DNA from: an uncultured Bacillota bacterium
GTDB taxonomy: Bacteria; Bacillota_I; Bacilli_A; RF39; UBA660
Reading direction: 5' to 3'
Assembly: GCA_946622285.1 (NCBI GenBank)
Contig: CAMOPK010000003.1
Location: 1 to 63,876 of the forward strand
DNA length: 63,876 bases
The translations under genes and the position numbers were made by a program. The stretch's first letter is position 1; every line of letters begins with the position of its first letter. The notes below the pieces were generated by a model, which had not been told where the DNA came from, made no database searches, and saw only the letters and a list, made by a program, of their open reading frames with translations. Positions 54,489 through 63,876 of the stretch are shown here, one piece after another.

Positions 54489-55801
54489 ATTTTTTCTTCG
54501 CCTTTGTTTTTAAATCTTATAATAATTGGTGTTCCTTCAAAATCAAAGTTTTCTCTTATTTTATTTTCTAAATAACGTTCATAAGAGAAATGTATCAAAC
54601 CCTTACTATTTACCATTATGTTAAATGTTGGAGGGCAACTTGAAACTTGTTCAGTACTATAAATCTTAAGTCTTCTTCCTTTATAGCTTGGTGGCAAATT
54701 TAAAGCATATGCTTCTTTTATACAGTCATCAATTACTTCATTAGGTATTACTTTTTTATGATTTTCTGCAACTTTTAATATTTCAGGCATCAATGTATGA
54801 ATCCTTTTTTTAGTTAATGCTGATAAAAATACAATTGGTGCATATGTTAAAAATTGAAAATCATTTCTTAAAATCTTAGTAAAATTCTTTATATACTCTT
54901 CTTTATTTTCAACAGTATCCCATTTATTAACTACAAGAATGATTGCCTTACCTGCTTCAATTGCATATGAAGCAATATGTTTATCATGTTCAATTATCCC
55001 TGTTGTTGCATCAATTAAAAGTAAGCATACATCTGATCTATCAATTGCTTTTAATGCTCTTAAAAGACTATATCTTTCAATTGATTCATATATTTTTCCT
55101 TTTTTACGCATTCCTGCGGTATCAATTACAACATATTCGTTATTTTCATATCTAAATGTAGTATCAATAGCATCTCTAGTTGTTCCAGCAACATTAGATA
55201 CAAGTACTCTATCATATCCAACAATTGCATTTACTAAACTACTTTTACCAACATTTGGTCGCCCAATAACTGAAAATTTAATTCTATCATCAGCTTTTTC
55301 TTCTTCATAATCTGGAAAATCTTCAGTTATTTTATCTAGCAACTCATTTATTCCAATATTTTGTTCACCACTTACATTAATGTAATTATCTAATCCAAGT
55401 TCAAAGAAATCATATAAGTGATCTTTTGAATCTTTACTATCAACTTTATTAATAGCAACTATTACCTTTTTATTTGACTTTAAGATGATATCACGTGTTG
55501 CTTTATCATTGGCATCAAGCCCCATTTTAGCATCAACCACAAAAACAATGACATCAGCTTCATTAATTGCAATCTCAGCTTGCATTTTAATGTTAGCATT
55601 TACTTCATTTGTACTTAAATCAATACCACCAGTATCAATAACTAGAAATTTCTTATTTTTATAAGAAACATCACCATAAATACGATCACGAGTTACACCT
55701 GGAGTATCTTCAATAATTGATATTTTTTTACCAACTAAACGATTGAATAATGTTGATTTCCCAACATTTGGTTTACCAACTAAAGCAACTACTGGTTTCA
55801 T
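54485..55801 (-). CDS. der: Ribosome-biogenesis GTPase Der (EngA), double GTPase domain
   Basis: Two G1 motifs (GKPNVGKSTLFNRL and GRPNVGKSSLVNAI), DTGG/DTAG and NKVD/NKWD motifs, and a KH-like C-terminus. Confidence 0.95.
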   Translation of the reverse strand: MKPVVALVGKPNVGKSTLFNRLVGKKISIIEDTPGVTRDRIYGDVSYKNKKFLVIDTGGIDLSTNEVNANIKMQAEIAINEADVIVFVVDAKMGLDANDKATRDIILKSNKKVIVAINKVDSKDSKDHLYDFFELGLDNYINVSGEQNIGINELLDKITEDFPDYEEEKADDRIKFSVIGRPNVGKSSLVNAIVGYDRVLVSNVAGTTRDAIDTTFRYENNEYVVIDTAGMRKKGKIYESIERYSLLRALKAIDRSDVCLLLIDATTGIIEHDKHIASYAIEAGKAIILVVNKWDTVENKEEYIKNFTKILRNDFQFLTYAPIVFLSALTKKRIHTLMPEILKVAENHKKVIPNEVIDDCIKEAYALNLPPSYKGRRLKIYSTEQVSSCPPTFNIMVNSKGLIHFSYERYLENKIRENFDFEGTPIIIRFKNKGEEKM

Positions 55802-55904
55802 TCTATCACCTTTCTATTTTTTATATCCATTACCTTCTAAATAAGCTTTAACAACTATAAAGAATATAATTATTATTAATAAAAATATCTATTTTTCTCC
55901 AATA

Positions 55905-56486
55905 TTAAAGTATTCTTTCAATACGATCATATATTTCATTACGACCTTCTTTTGTTATATTAGAAAACATAACAAATTCATCGCCTACAGGAAGTTCTAA
56001 TTCATCTAAAATTGCACTTCTATATTTTTGATGTTGAGTTACTCCTACTTTATCAATTTTAGTTGCAACAATAGTTACAGGTATTTGATAATGTTTTAAG
56101 TAATTAAACATCATGATATCATCACGACTTAATTTATGACGAAAATCAACTAACATAAAAACTTGTTTTAAATTTTCACGTGTAGTTAAATAATCCTCCA
56201 TCATTAAACCAAACTTCTTTTGATTTTTTCTACTTAAAGTAGCATATCCATATCCTGGGGCATCAACTAAATAAAATTCTTCATTTATTAAATAAAAGTT
56301 TATTGTTTGAGTTTTACCAGGAGTAGCACTTGTACGAGCATAGTTTTTACGATTAATAATTGAATTAATAAAACTACTCTTTCCTACATTACTTCTACCA
56401 ACTAATAAAAATTCTGGTAAATCTCCAGTTGGATATTGACTTCTTCTAACAGCACTTACTTCTAAATTCACGCTTGTTATTTTCAT
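55905..56486 (-). CDS. engB: Ribosome-biogenesis GTPase EngB/YsxC
   Basis: GRSNVGKSSFINSI, DAPGYGYA and TKIDK, 193 aa. Confidence 0.9.
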   Translation of the reverse strand: MKITSVNLEVSAVRRSQYPTGDLPEFLLVGRSNVGKSSFINSIINRKNYARTSATPGKTQTINFYLINEEFYLVDAPGYGYATLSRKNQKKFGLMMEDYLTTRENLKQVFMLVDFRHKLSRDDIMMFNYLKHYQIPVTIVATKIDKVGVTQHQKYRSAILDELELPVGDEFVMFSNITKEGRNEIYDRIERIL

Positions 56487-56559
56487 TTTTTCACCTTACT
56501 ATCTAAAATTTGCAAGTAGAACGATTATACCATTCTTTCCTTTATGTGTCAAAGAAATG

Positions 56560-56742
56560 TTATATTCCTCCCACAATAATAATATCTAAAACTGCATATA
56601 TTATTGTTAATAGAATAAGTCCAAAGAAAATATAAGTTGGAATTAATAATTTCTTATTTTGATATTTCTTGGCCAAATAATAAGTAACAAAAGCTCCAAC
56701 TATAAATATAAGCATAAGCAAAATATCTAATTTTAAACTCAT
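56560..56742 (-). CDS. Small two-TM membrane protein, unknown function
   Basis: 60 aa with two hydrophobic helices separated by KKYQNKK. Confidence 0.35.
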   Translation of the reverse strand: MSLKLDILLMLIFIVGAFVTYYLAKKYQNKKLLIPTYIFFGLILLTIIYAVLDIIIVGGI

Positions 56743-56784
56743 ATAAGACTCCTCCTACCATATAGATTATAACATTTTAAACAA

Positions 56785-56810
56785 AAATAAAAAAGACTAA
56801 ATAGTCTTTT
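56785..56810 (-). terminator. Rho-independent terminator after the YihY-family gene
   Basis: Stem aaaagacta (56791-56799) pairs with tagtctttt (56802-56810), followed by a T-run on the minus strand. Confidence 0.7.
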
Positions 56811-57640
56811 TAATCTTCCTTTAGTTCTGACAAATATTGTTCTGCATTTATACAAATGCCAATTACTAATATTGTGCTTAAAATATATACCCATATCATA
56901 AGGACAATAATCGAAGACAAGCTACCATAAAAGATATCATATCTTGCAATATTTGTTACATAAAGTGAATAAATGTATGTTGCAACAATCCAACCAAAAG
57001 TTGTAAATAATGCTCCTTTAGTTACAGTTTTACTTTTAATTGATACCGATGGTGTCAATGTATAAAGTATTTTTACAAAAAAGTAAATCAAAAAGAATGA
57101 AAGTGGCCATTTTAAGATTGTAAATATATTATAGAATGTATTATAGTCACCATCTAAACTATTAATAATAAATTTTAGAATAGCTGAACCAAATCCTAAA
57201 ACGAACATTGTAAATGCAAAAAGAAACATTAATAGTATTACTAAAAATAAACTTTTTATTTGTCTTTTTAATTCACTTTTTTCTTCTGTTTTATAAAGTA
57301 TATTAGCAGCAACTATAATTGATTTAGTACCATTGCTTGAAAAGAATAAACCAATTATAAATATTACTAAAGCTATACCAGCACTTGAGTTTGAAGATAA
57401 AAACTTTAATAACAAATCATATACTTCTTTTGGTAAATTAATTGAAATTAAATTTAAGATTGTATTTGCAGATATATTAAATTTAGAAATAATATATCCA
57501 AAAATCATTATCGATGGAAAAATAGATAAGATTAAGGCAAACGAAATATTACCAGGTAGAATTACCATTTCTGGTCTTCTAATAATTCTAATTAATCGTT
57601 TAAGCCATCTTTTTAATCTATTCCACGTCTTTTTGATCAT
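56810..57640 (-). CDS. YihY/BrkB-family integral membrane protein
   Basis: 276 aa with ~6 TM helices. N-terminal region GNISFALILSIFPSIMIF is typical of the family. Confidence 0.65.
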   Translation of the reverse strand: MIKKTWNRLKRWLKRLIRIIRRPEMVILPGNISFALILSIFPSIMIFGYIISKFNISANTILNLISINLPKEVYDLLLKFLSSNSSAGIALVIFIIGLFFSSNGTKSIIVAANILYKTEEKSELKRQIKSLFLVILLMFLFAFTMFVLGFGSAILKFIINSLDGDYNTFYNIFTILKWPLSFFLIYFFVKILYTLTPSVSIKSKTVTKGALFTTFGWIVATYIYSLYVTNIARYDIFYGSLSSIIVLMIWVYILSTILVIGICINAEQYLSELKED

Positions 57641-59672
57641 TTGCTTCCTCTTTTACTTTACGCATTTCAATTGTTGCTTCATTAATTGCATCATCAATTG
57701 TTTTAATATCATCAGTTATCATAGAATAACCGATTGCAGCACCAAACCCATGTTTTAATTCTTTCAATTCTTTATTTAATTTCTTAATATAAAGTTCAAT
57801 TTGACGATCTTTATAGCCAACAAGATAAATTAAGAATTCATTTCCATTTGTTCTTACAATATCAGAATTAATTACTTGGTTTTTAATTAAGACATTTGCA
57901 GCTTCTTTAATTTCTTCATCGCCCGCATTATGACCATAATTATCATTAATATAAGCAATATTATTTAAGTCGACAATAACAATTGCTTGTGGATAAACTT
58001 GGCTTTCTTCCCACTTGTCCATATTGTCATTTAAATAATTACGATTCTTAAGTGATGTTAGCATATCCATATATTTAATTTTCTCTGATTTCTTAAATGA
58101 TATGCTTGGTTGTTTTGTTTTATTCATTTGACTAGTAAATATTATAGTTGCAATATAAACTAATGCTAAACCAAAGATAAGACAAGCTTTCTTAATTAAT
58201 GCTTTGGTATTTATTTTAGTTAATAACTTATTATTTCCAATACCTATTTCTTTATTTTGGTTCATTACTTTCAAGTAGAAATCAAAATATTCATTAAATA
58301 TTGAATTAGCAGTTACACTCTTCATTGTATAACCGTATCCTTCATCTACTTGTTCAACAAATTCTACTTTATAGTTTTCAAAATTATCCTTTTTGTAATA
58401 ATCATATGTAGCAAAATCTAAAATTATTATGTTTTGTTTACTATTAACTAACTCTTCAACTGTCTTATATTCAGTAACACCAGCTCCAACTGAAATTAAA
58501 CTTTTTGATAAATTAGAATCTTTTAAAGTTGCAACCTTTTTATCTTTTAAAGACTTAAGTGAAGTAATATTACTTTCAACATTGGTATTTGATATAACAA
58601 CTATTTCATTTTTGAATGCTGGACTTGAAACATAGCCATTCAAATCATATCCTGTTTTTTCAGTGTTATTTAAGAACAAATCAACACTACCACTATTAAA
58701 TGCCTTTAAAAGAGCATCAATATTACTATATTTTTTATAATTAATTTCAATATCAGCTACACTTGCAAAAGTATCCAATACTTCTTTACTTGTCCCATAT
58801 AATTCATTACTTATTGTTACATTATATGGAGCATTTTCAACATATCCATATGTATATCTCTTACCTTTAAATGCAGCCATTGAATTTTGATCGGTTTCAC
58901 TGAATTCAAAATAGCATTTAGTAAAATACTTATTGAATTCCTCAACAAAATTTTCGTTTTTCCATTTTGTGTAATATTTTTTAATAATTGTATTCAAATT
59001 CGCGTTATTGCTTAATTCAATTACATAATTAGTTGTCAAATCATTAGCTAAATACGCAATGTGAACTTTATCATTTAATGAATATTTAAATGCTAAAAGC
59101 TTTGGTAACAAAATACCATCAACTTCTGGATCTTTTTCACCAAGACCTAAAGCATCTGAAAGATCAGTTAGTTTTTCATAACCGACAACATCATTATTAA
59201 GTCCAGCTAGATAAGAACGTATATCAGAAAGATCGTCTTTTAAAACTCCGATTTTTAATCCTGTTACGCCAGATAAATCCTTTATTTTCTTGTTTTCAGT
59301 TGTTAATAAAATGTAATTATCTTCATATATTTGAATCTGATTATTATTAACCTTTTTTGAAAGTTTAAACTTGTAATCAGCACTTACTTGTTCACTATAA
59401 GAATAAGAAATACGATTAAATTCAAGCCCAGTTGTAGTTTCAAAATCTTTAAGGAAATCAAATACAACACCATCACCTACATTATTTAAGACTGGTACAT
59501 CATTTTCAATACTAATATCAATTAATTTTAGTTTGTTGTTTTGAATCCATTCTTTTTCAGTTTTAGTAAATGAAGTTTCATTTTCTTTTTTAACGAAATA
59601 ATAATATGCTCCCCCGCCTAAACCAAGCAAAAGAATAAGAATTAATATTACACCTAAAACTTTTTTCTTCAT
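57618..59672 (-). CDS. Membrane sensor: TM helix, tandem periplasmic solute-binding-like domains, TM helix, then a GGDEF-type domain with a degenerate NGNEF active-site motif
   Basis: C-terminal LTSLKNRNYL...VIVDLNNIAYINDNYGHNAGDEEI...IVRTNGNEFLIYL. TM helices at the N-terminus and at ALIKKACLIFGLALVYIATIIFTS. Confidence 0.7.
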   Translation of the reverse strand: MKKKVLGVILILILLLGLGGGAYYYFVKKENETSFTKTEKEWIQNNKLKLIDISIENDVPVLNNVGDGVVFDFLKDFETTTGLEFNRISYSYSEQVSADYKFKLSKKVNNNQIQIYEDNYILLTTENKKIKDLSGVTGLKIGVLKDDLSDIRSYLAGLNNDVVGYEKLTDLSDALGLGEKDPEVDGILLPKLLAFKYSLNDKVHIAYLANDLTTNYVIELSNNANLNTIIKKYYTKWKNENFVEEFNKYFTKCYFEFSETDQNSMAAFKGKRYTYGYVENAPYNVTISNELYGTSKEVLDTFASVADIEINYKKYSNIDALLKAFNSGSVDLFLNNTEKTGYDLNGYVSSPAFKNEIVVISNTNVESNITSLKSLKDKKVATLKDSNLSKSLISVGAGVTEYKTVEELVNSKQNIIILDFATYDYYKKDNFENYKVEFVEQVDEGYGYTMKSVTANSIFNEYFDFYLKVMNQNKEIGIGNNKLLTKINTKALIKKACLIFGLALVYIATIIFTSQMNKTKQPSISFKKSEKIKYMDMLTSLKNRNYLNDNMDKWEESQVYPQAIVIVDLNNIAYINDNYGHNAGDEEIKEAANVLIKNQVINSDIVRTNGNEFLIYLVGYKDRQIELYIKKLNKELKELKHGFGAAIGYSMITDDIKTIDDAINEATIEMRKVKEEANDQKDVE

Positions 59673-59680
59673 TTTATCAC

Positions 59681-60133
59681 CTAACTATTATTAGCCCATT
59701 TGAATGCTAAACTTGATTTATGTTTATAACCAATTATTGGATAAACACTATCTTCGCTTGTATCCTCTTTGCAAGTTACAAATACTTGAAAGTCATAATC
59801 TGCTTTTTCTTTGTCAGTATATACTGCTAATACTTTATCTAACATTGATTCAATTGTAAGTAATTTTGTATCTTTTTTTACATCAATTACGATATTTACA
59901 ATTAAAACACCACCAACATATGCATTAGCTGAATTTATAAAGTTGTTTTCTCTAATAACTTCAACTGTTTTAGAAAGTCTTTCATTTGATATCTTAGTTG
60001 TATTCTCTTGTCTATTTCCATATAAAGAAACACTTGAATCAGGTAATATTATTTTAACTAATTCATAGATAACTACTCCTATAATCACTAAAAGTACTAA
60101 AGCTAGCAATATTTTAAAAATCTTTTTATTCAT
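59681..60133 (-). CDS. Membrane-anchored protein of unknown function (150 aa)
   Basis: N-terminal anchor ILLALVLLVIIGVVIYELV followed by a soluble domain. Confidence 0.5.
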   Translation of the reverse strand: MNKKIFKILLALVLLVIIGVVIYELVKIILPDSSVSLYGNRQENTTKISNERLSKTVEVIRENNFINSANAYVGGVLIVNIVIDVKKDTKLLTIESMLDKVLAVYTDKEKADYDFQVFVTCKEDTSEDSVYPIIGYKHKSSLAFKWANNS

Positions 60134-60148
60134 TTTTTCACCTCATGA

Positions 60149-61564
60149 TTACATTTTGTTAATCAAATCAATTAACATTTTATTAAGCGTTTCAGGGTTC
60201 GCCTGACCTTTTGTTTCTTTCATTACTTGACCAATTAAGAACTTTAAGGCCTTTTCTTTTCCTGCTTTATAATCAACTACTGATTGATTATTAGCATTTA
60301 TTACATTTTTAACAATAGTTTCTAATTCACTATTATCTAATCCTTTGATACCTAAATCATCAATTATTTTATCAACACTATTATTAGTTGTTAATAGATA
60401 TGGTAATATTTCTTTTCCTTGTTTTGATGTTATTTCTTTTTTACTTAAAAGTGTAACAAGTTTTAAAATATTTTCTTTTGTCAAACAAGTATCTTTTAAC
60501 TCAATATTATTTTTATTTAAATGGCTTAAAATATCACCAGTAAGTAAATTAGCTAAAATAACTGAATCAATATCTTTATAAATTTCACGATAGAAATCAT
60601 TCAACTCTTTATAAGCAATTAAAGTATTTATGTTATTTGAACTAATGCCCAATTGTTCATATTCGTCTCTCATTGCTGCTGGTAATGTTGGAATACTTTC
60701 TACGGTATCATTATACCATTTATCATCAATATCAACAAATGGAATATTTGGTTCTGGTTGATAACGATAATCATTACCAGTTTCTTTAACACGCATCAAA
60801 ATAGTTGTTTCAGTTTTATCATCAAATCTACGTGTTTCTTCTTTCATTTTACCGCCAGATTCTAAGATTTTTTTCTGACGTTCTATTTCATAGTTGATAC
60901 TAATAGCAACTTTACTAATTGACCCAATATTTTTAATTTCAACTTTAGTTCCTAGTACAGGACTATCTTCTTCTTTTAAAGAAACATTGGCATCACAACG
61001 CATACTTCCTTCTTCCATTTTAACATCACTGACACCAAGATAAAGAAGATTTTCACGAAGAGATTCTAAATATAACATTGCTTCTTTACCATCTTTAATA
61101 ACCGGTTTTGAAACAATTTCAATTAATGGAACGCCTGCACGATTATAATTTAAAAGTGTTTGTTTCCCACTATGAATACTTTTACAAGTATCTTCTTCAA
61201 TGTGAATTCTTTCAATTCCTATTTTTTTAATACCTTCATCTGTTTTAATTTCAACATAACCATTTCTACCAATTGGAGTATCTTGTTGTGTAATTTGAAA
61301 TCCTTTTGGTAAATCTGGATAGAAATAATTTTTACGATCAAAATGCATATGACGAGTAATATCGCAGTGGAATGCTATGCAGGCTTTCATTGCCATTGTT
61401 ATTACATCTTTGTTAAGTGCAGGAAGTGTTCCCGGATATGCTAAATCAATTTCATCAACATTAGTATTAATATCATCATTAAAGTCATTTTTACCTCTTG
61501 AAAATACTTTTGAATTACTTTTTAATTCAACATGTACTTCAATACCTATTGTTGGAACTAGCAT
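60149..61564 (-). CDS. gatB: Asp/Glu-tRNA(Asn/Gln) amidotransferase subunit B
   Basis: IGIEVHVEL start, the GatB core and the C-terminal YqeY-like tail LIGQVMKETKGQANP. gatCAB gene order. Confidence 0.95.
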   Translation of the reverse strand: MLVPTIGIEVHVELKSNSKVFSRGKNDFNDDINTNVDEIDLAYPGTLPALNKDVITMAMKACIAFHCDITRHMHFDRKNYFYPDLPKGFQITQQDTPIGRNGYVEIKTDEGIKKIGIERIHIEEDTCKSIHSGKQTLLNYNRAGVPLIEIVSKPVIKDGKEAMLYLESLRENLLYLGVSDVKMEEGSMRCDANVSLKEEDSPVLGTKVEIKNIGSISKVAISINYEIERQKKILESGGKMKEETRRFDDKTETTILMRVKETGNDYRYQPEPNIPFVDIDDKWYNDTVESIPTLPAAMRDEYEQLGISSNNINTLIAYKELNDFYREIYKDIDSVILANLLTGDILSHLNKNNIELKDTCLTKENILKLVTLLSKKEITSKQGKEILPYLLTTNNSVDKIIDDLGIKGLDNSELETIVKNVINANNQSVVDYKAGKEKALKFLIGQVMKETKGQANPETLNKMLIDLINKM

Positions 61565-63003
61565 TATTTATCACTTCCTATCTTTAAATCTAATTTAAGC
61601 TCAGATTCGATTGCACTTGCAAGTTGATAGATTTCATCTTCTTTAAAATAGTTACCTATTATTTGAAGTCCAATTGGAAGATTTTCTTTGTTAAATCCAA
61701 CTGGCAATGCAAGGGCCGGAAGTCCTGCCATACTAACTGGAATTGTAAGCAAATCATCATAAAAACTTTGAAGAACATTATCTAGATGACGATTAAATGG
61801 ATATGCAACATTTGTATTAGTTGGACCTAATAACAAATCATATTTCTTAAATGCTTTTTTGAAATTTTCAACTATATTATGTCTTAATCTTAAAGCTTTA
61901 TAATAATATGTCTTAGCATTTTCACCACTTAATACATATGATCCTACCATAATTCTTCTTTTAACTTCAGCACCAAAGCCAATACTACGTGTATATGTAT
62001 ACATATCTTCAAGTTTTTCTTGATCGCTTAAAAATCCATATTTAACGCCGTCAAAGCGAGCTAAGTTTGTACTTGCTTCACCTAATGCAATTACTTGGTA
62101 TAAAGGAATTGCATATTCTAAATTAGGTATATCAATATAGTCAACTTCACAACCTTTTTTCTTCAAAAGTTCTAAAACTTCTTTTATTTTATTTCTAACT
62201 TCAATATCTATTACATCACTCATGTAATAATTAGGTACACCTATTTTTAAGCCCTTAATGTCTTTACCTATTAAACTTGTAAAGTCTTTTTCTTGCTTTA
62301 CACTTGTCAAATCTTTTTCATCTAAACCTGCTATAGCATTTAATAAAACTGCATTTTCATAAACATTTTTACTCATTGGTCCGATTTGATCTAAACTAGA
62401 TGCAAAAGCAACAAGTCCATATCTAGAAACACATCCATATGTTGGTTTTAATCCGACAATGCCACAAAAACCAGATGGCTGACGAACAGATCCACCAGTA
62501 TCACTACCTAAAGCTAAAACAACTTCATGCGATGCAACACTAGCAGCAGATCCACTACTAGATCCACCAGGAACTCGTGATTTATCTCTTGGGTTTAAGG
62601 TATTACCAAAATAACTTGTTTCACCTGTTGAACCCATAGCAAACTCATCCATATTAGTTTTACCTATAATAATCATGTGTTTTGCTTTTATTTTTTCAAT
62701 TACAGTAGCATCATAAACAGAGTCAAAGTTCTCTAACATTTTAGATGCACATGTAGTTCTAAGTCCCTTTGTCACAATATTATCTTTAATTGCTATAGGA
62801 ATACCAAATAATAAATTATCTACTTCCAAATTTTCTAAAGCTTTAGCTTCTTCTCTAGCTTTTTCATTTAATGTAATAAAGTCATTTAATTCATCTTTTT
62901 TAATACGAGCAAATGCTTCTTCAACTAAATCAATTGGTTTAATCTTTTTTGCTTTTAAGAGTTTATTAATTTCAGTTAATTCTAAATCTAAATAATTAGT
63001 CAT
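61564..63003 (-). CDS. gatA: Glutamyl-tRNA(Gln) amidotransferase subunit A
   Basis: Amidase signature GGSSSGSAASVA and GSDTGGSVRQP. Confidence 0.95.
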   Translation of the reverse strand: MTNYLDLELTEINKLLKAKKIKPIDLVEEAFARIKKDELNDFITLNEKAREEAKALENLEVDNLLFGIPIAIKDNIVTKGLRTTCASKMLENFDSVYDATVIEKIKAKHMIIIGKTNMDEFAMGSTGETSYFGNTLNPRDKSRVPGGSSSGSAASVASHEVVLALGSDTGGSVRQPSGFCGIVGLKPTYGCVSRYGLVAFASSLDQIGPMSKNVYENAVLLNAIAGLDEKDLTSVKQEKDFTSLIGKDIKGLKIGVPNYYMSDVIDIEVRNKIKEVLELLKKKGCEVDYIDIPNLEYAIPLYQVIALGEASTNLARFDGVKYGFLSDQEKLEDMYTYTRSIGFGAEVKRRIMVGSYVLSGENAKTYYYKALRLRHNIVENFKKAFKKYDLLLGPTNTNVAYPFNRHLDNVLQSFYDDLLTIPVSMAGLPALALPVGFNKENLPIGLQIIGNYFKEDEIYQLASAIESELKLDLKIGSDK

Positions 63004-63289
63004 TTAAAGCCCTCGTTACAGCAATATAACTACCATATTTCTTATTAGCATTTTTTAATATTTCTTCTCTTGTAAGCATTGAACCAACTGTATCATCTTT
63101 ATAAACATTTCTATTTTCACTTGGTGAAATTAAAATTTCTTCATCTTCAATTTCAACTTCTTGAATACGATTAACTTCATCCATTAAATCTTTTAATTCT
63201 TTTACATATTTTTCTACTTCATCTTCTTCAATACGAAGTTTTGCTAAAGATGCAACATGTAAAACTTTTTCCCTATCTAAATTTTCCAT
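62996..63289 (-). CDS. gatC: Asp/Glu-tRNA(Asn/Gln) amidotransferase subunit C
   Basis: 97 aa. VLHVASLAKLRIEEDEVEKY is GatC-like. Overlaps gatA. Confidence 0.9.
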   Translation of the reverse strand: MENLDREKVLHVASLAKLRIEEDEVEKYVKELKDLMDEVNRIQEVEIEDEEILISPSENRNVYKDDTVGSMLTREEILKNANKKYGSYIAVTRALND

Positions 63290-63353
63290 AATATTCCTCT
63301 TTCTAGCATATTATAACATTTTATTAAAGCAAAATAAAGAGTAAAGGCCATCT

Positions 63354-63875
63354 CTACTCTTTTTTTTCTTCTATTTTTGAAGGTGCTTTTTCTTCTTCTT
63401 TTACATCAACATTTCCTTCGACTTTTCCAATACCAGTAGGCTCTTTTTTATCAATGCCAATATTGTATTCAAATATCAAATGATTTGATGATGTCTTAAC
63501 GCGAAGTTGAATATCTTTTTCTTGATTAACTGATCTAATATACGTATCTTCTAAATTAACAACAACAAAGCCTTCACCTGAAAGTTTTTCTAAATATGCA
63601 TAAACATCGTTTAGTTTTGCTTTTGAAATGTCATATTTTAATGTTATCTTATCTTTATCTTCAATTGCAACAATCAATTTTTTCTTTGACTTAATTGCAC
63701 TATTGAAAGTTGGGAGTTCAAATTTACCTAATTTAAATGAGTTAACATCATATTTTTTTACTATATAATATGAATGAAATAAATAACCACCACAACCAAT
63801 TATTACTAAAGCACTGATGACTATTAAAATAATCCAACTTTTATTCTTTTTTTGTATTTCATTTTTTTCGTCCAT
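63354..63875 (-). CDS. Membrane-anchored protein of unknown function (173 aa)
   Basis: N-terminal anchor WIILIVISALVIIGCGGYLF followed by a soluble domain. The start ATG lies 1 nt from the window end. Confidence 0.5.
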   Translation of the reverse strand: MDEKNEIQKKNKSWIILIVISALVIIGCGGYLFHSYYIVKKYDVNSFKLGKFELPTFNSAIKSKKKLIVAIEDKDKITLKYDISKAKLNDVYAYLEKLSGEGFVVVNLEDTYIRSVNQEKDIQLRVKTSSNHLIFEYNIGIDKKEPTGIGKVEGNVDVKEEEKAPSKIEEKKE

Positions 63876-63876
63876 A

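Noticed and set aside
56560-56742. Small hydrophobic ORF considered as a candidate Flp pilin
   Set aside because: It lacks the Flp G/xxxxEY processing motif, is ~40 kb from the tad operon and looks like a two-TM membrane peptide.
50762-57758. Other plus-strand track ORFs in this stretch (50762-51067, 51878-52102, 51898-52155, 54939-55310, 54943-55155, 57333-57758)
   Set aside because: All lie antisense within well-supported minus-strand genes (the DUF4282-like protein, the B-repeat lipoprotein, der and yihY). They have no RBS or promoter context.
1-63876. Search for prophage, transposon or integrative-element boundaries, tRNA or rRNA genes and CRISPR arrays
   Set aside because: No recombinase, phage structural genes, tRNA-like sequences or regularly spaced identical repeats were seen. 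The intergenic regions are short and are accounted for by promoters and hairpin terminators.

Overview
AT-rich (about 30% GC by eye) chromosomal segment of a low-GC Firmicute, Erysipelotrichia/Clostridia-like. 50 of the 52 CDSs I call are on the minus strand. Housekeeping blocks (miaA-queA-ruvB-ruvA; priA-fmt; der, engB; gatCAB) frame three accessory regions. (1) Positions 1-18.1 kb hold a Tad/Flp-type pilus operon (TadE-like, TadG-like, TadZ/CpaE, CpaF, an Ig-domain::TadB fusion, TadC). No Flp pilin or prepilin peptidase is visible. The operon is bracketed by two BspA/DUF285 leucine-rich-repeat surface proteins, and a third large surface protein runs off the left edge. All three surface proteins share an uncharacterised ~85-aa N-terminal module. 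(2) Positions 23.7-48.0 kb hold a very large SipW/TasA-type locus. It has four SipW-type signal-peptidase paralogues, two of which lack the nucleophile serine at the aligned position. It has at least nine proteins with SipW-cognate-class signal peptides, including a 2884-aa beta-helix protein. It also has cytoplasmic or membrane components with no counterpart in the tapA-sipW-tasA paradigm: a membrane-tethered McrB-family AAA+ protein, a nuclease-less McrC/DUF2357-like partner, a 324-aa protein and a 517-aa coiled-coil protein. I consider this locus the best candidate for an undescribed system. (3) Positions 48.2-54.4 kb encode host- or glycan-facing exoproteins: a ceramidase-like hydrolase, an InlB-B-repeat lipoprotein and a serpin lipoprotein. 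A SASA-type esterase lies inside the TasA locus. I saw no tRNA, rRNA, CRISPR array, integrase or transposase. All calls rest on reading the supplied translations and the DNA by eye. No database search was run.
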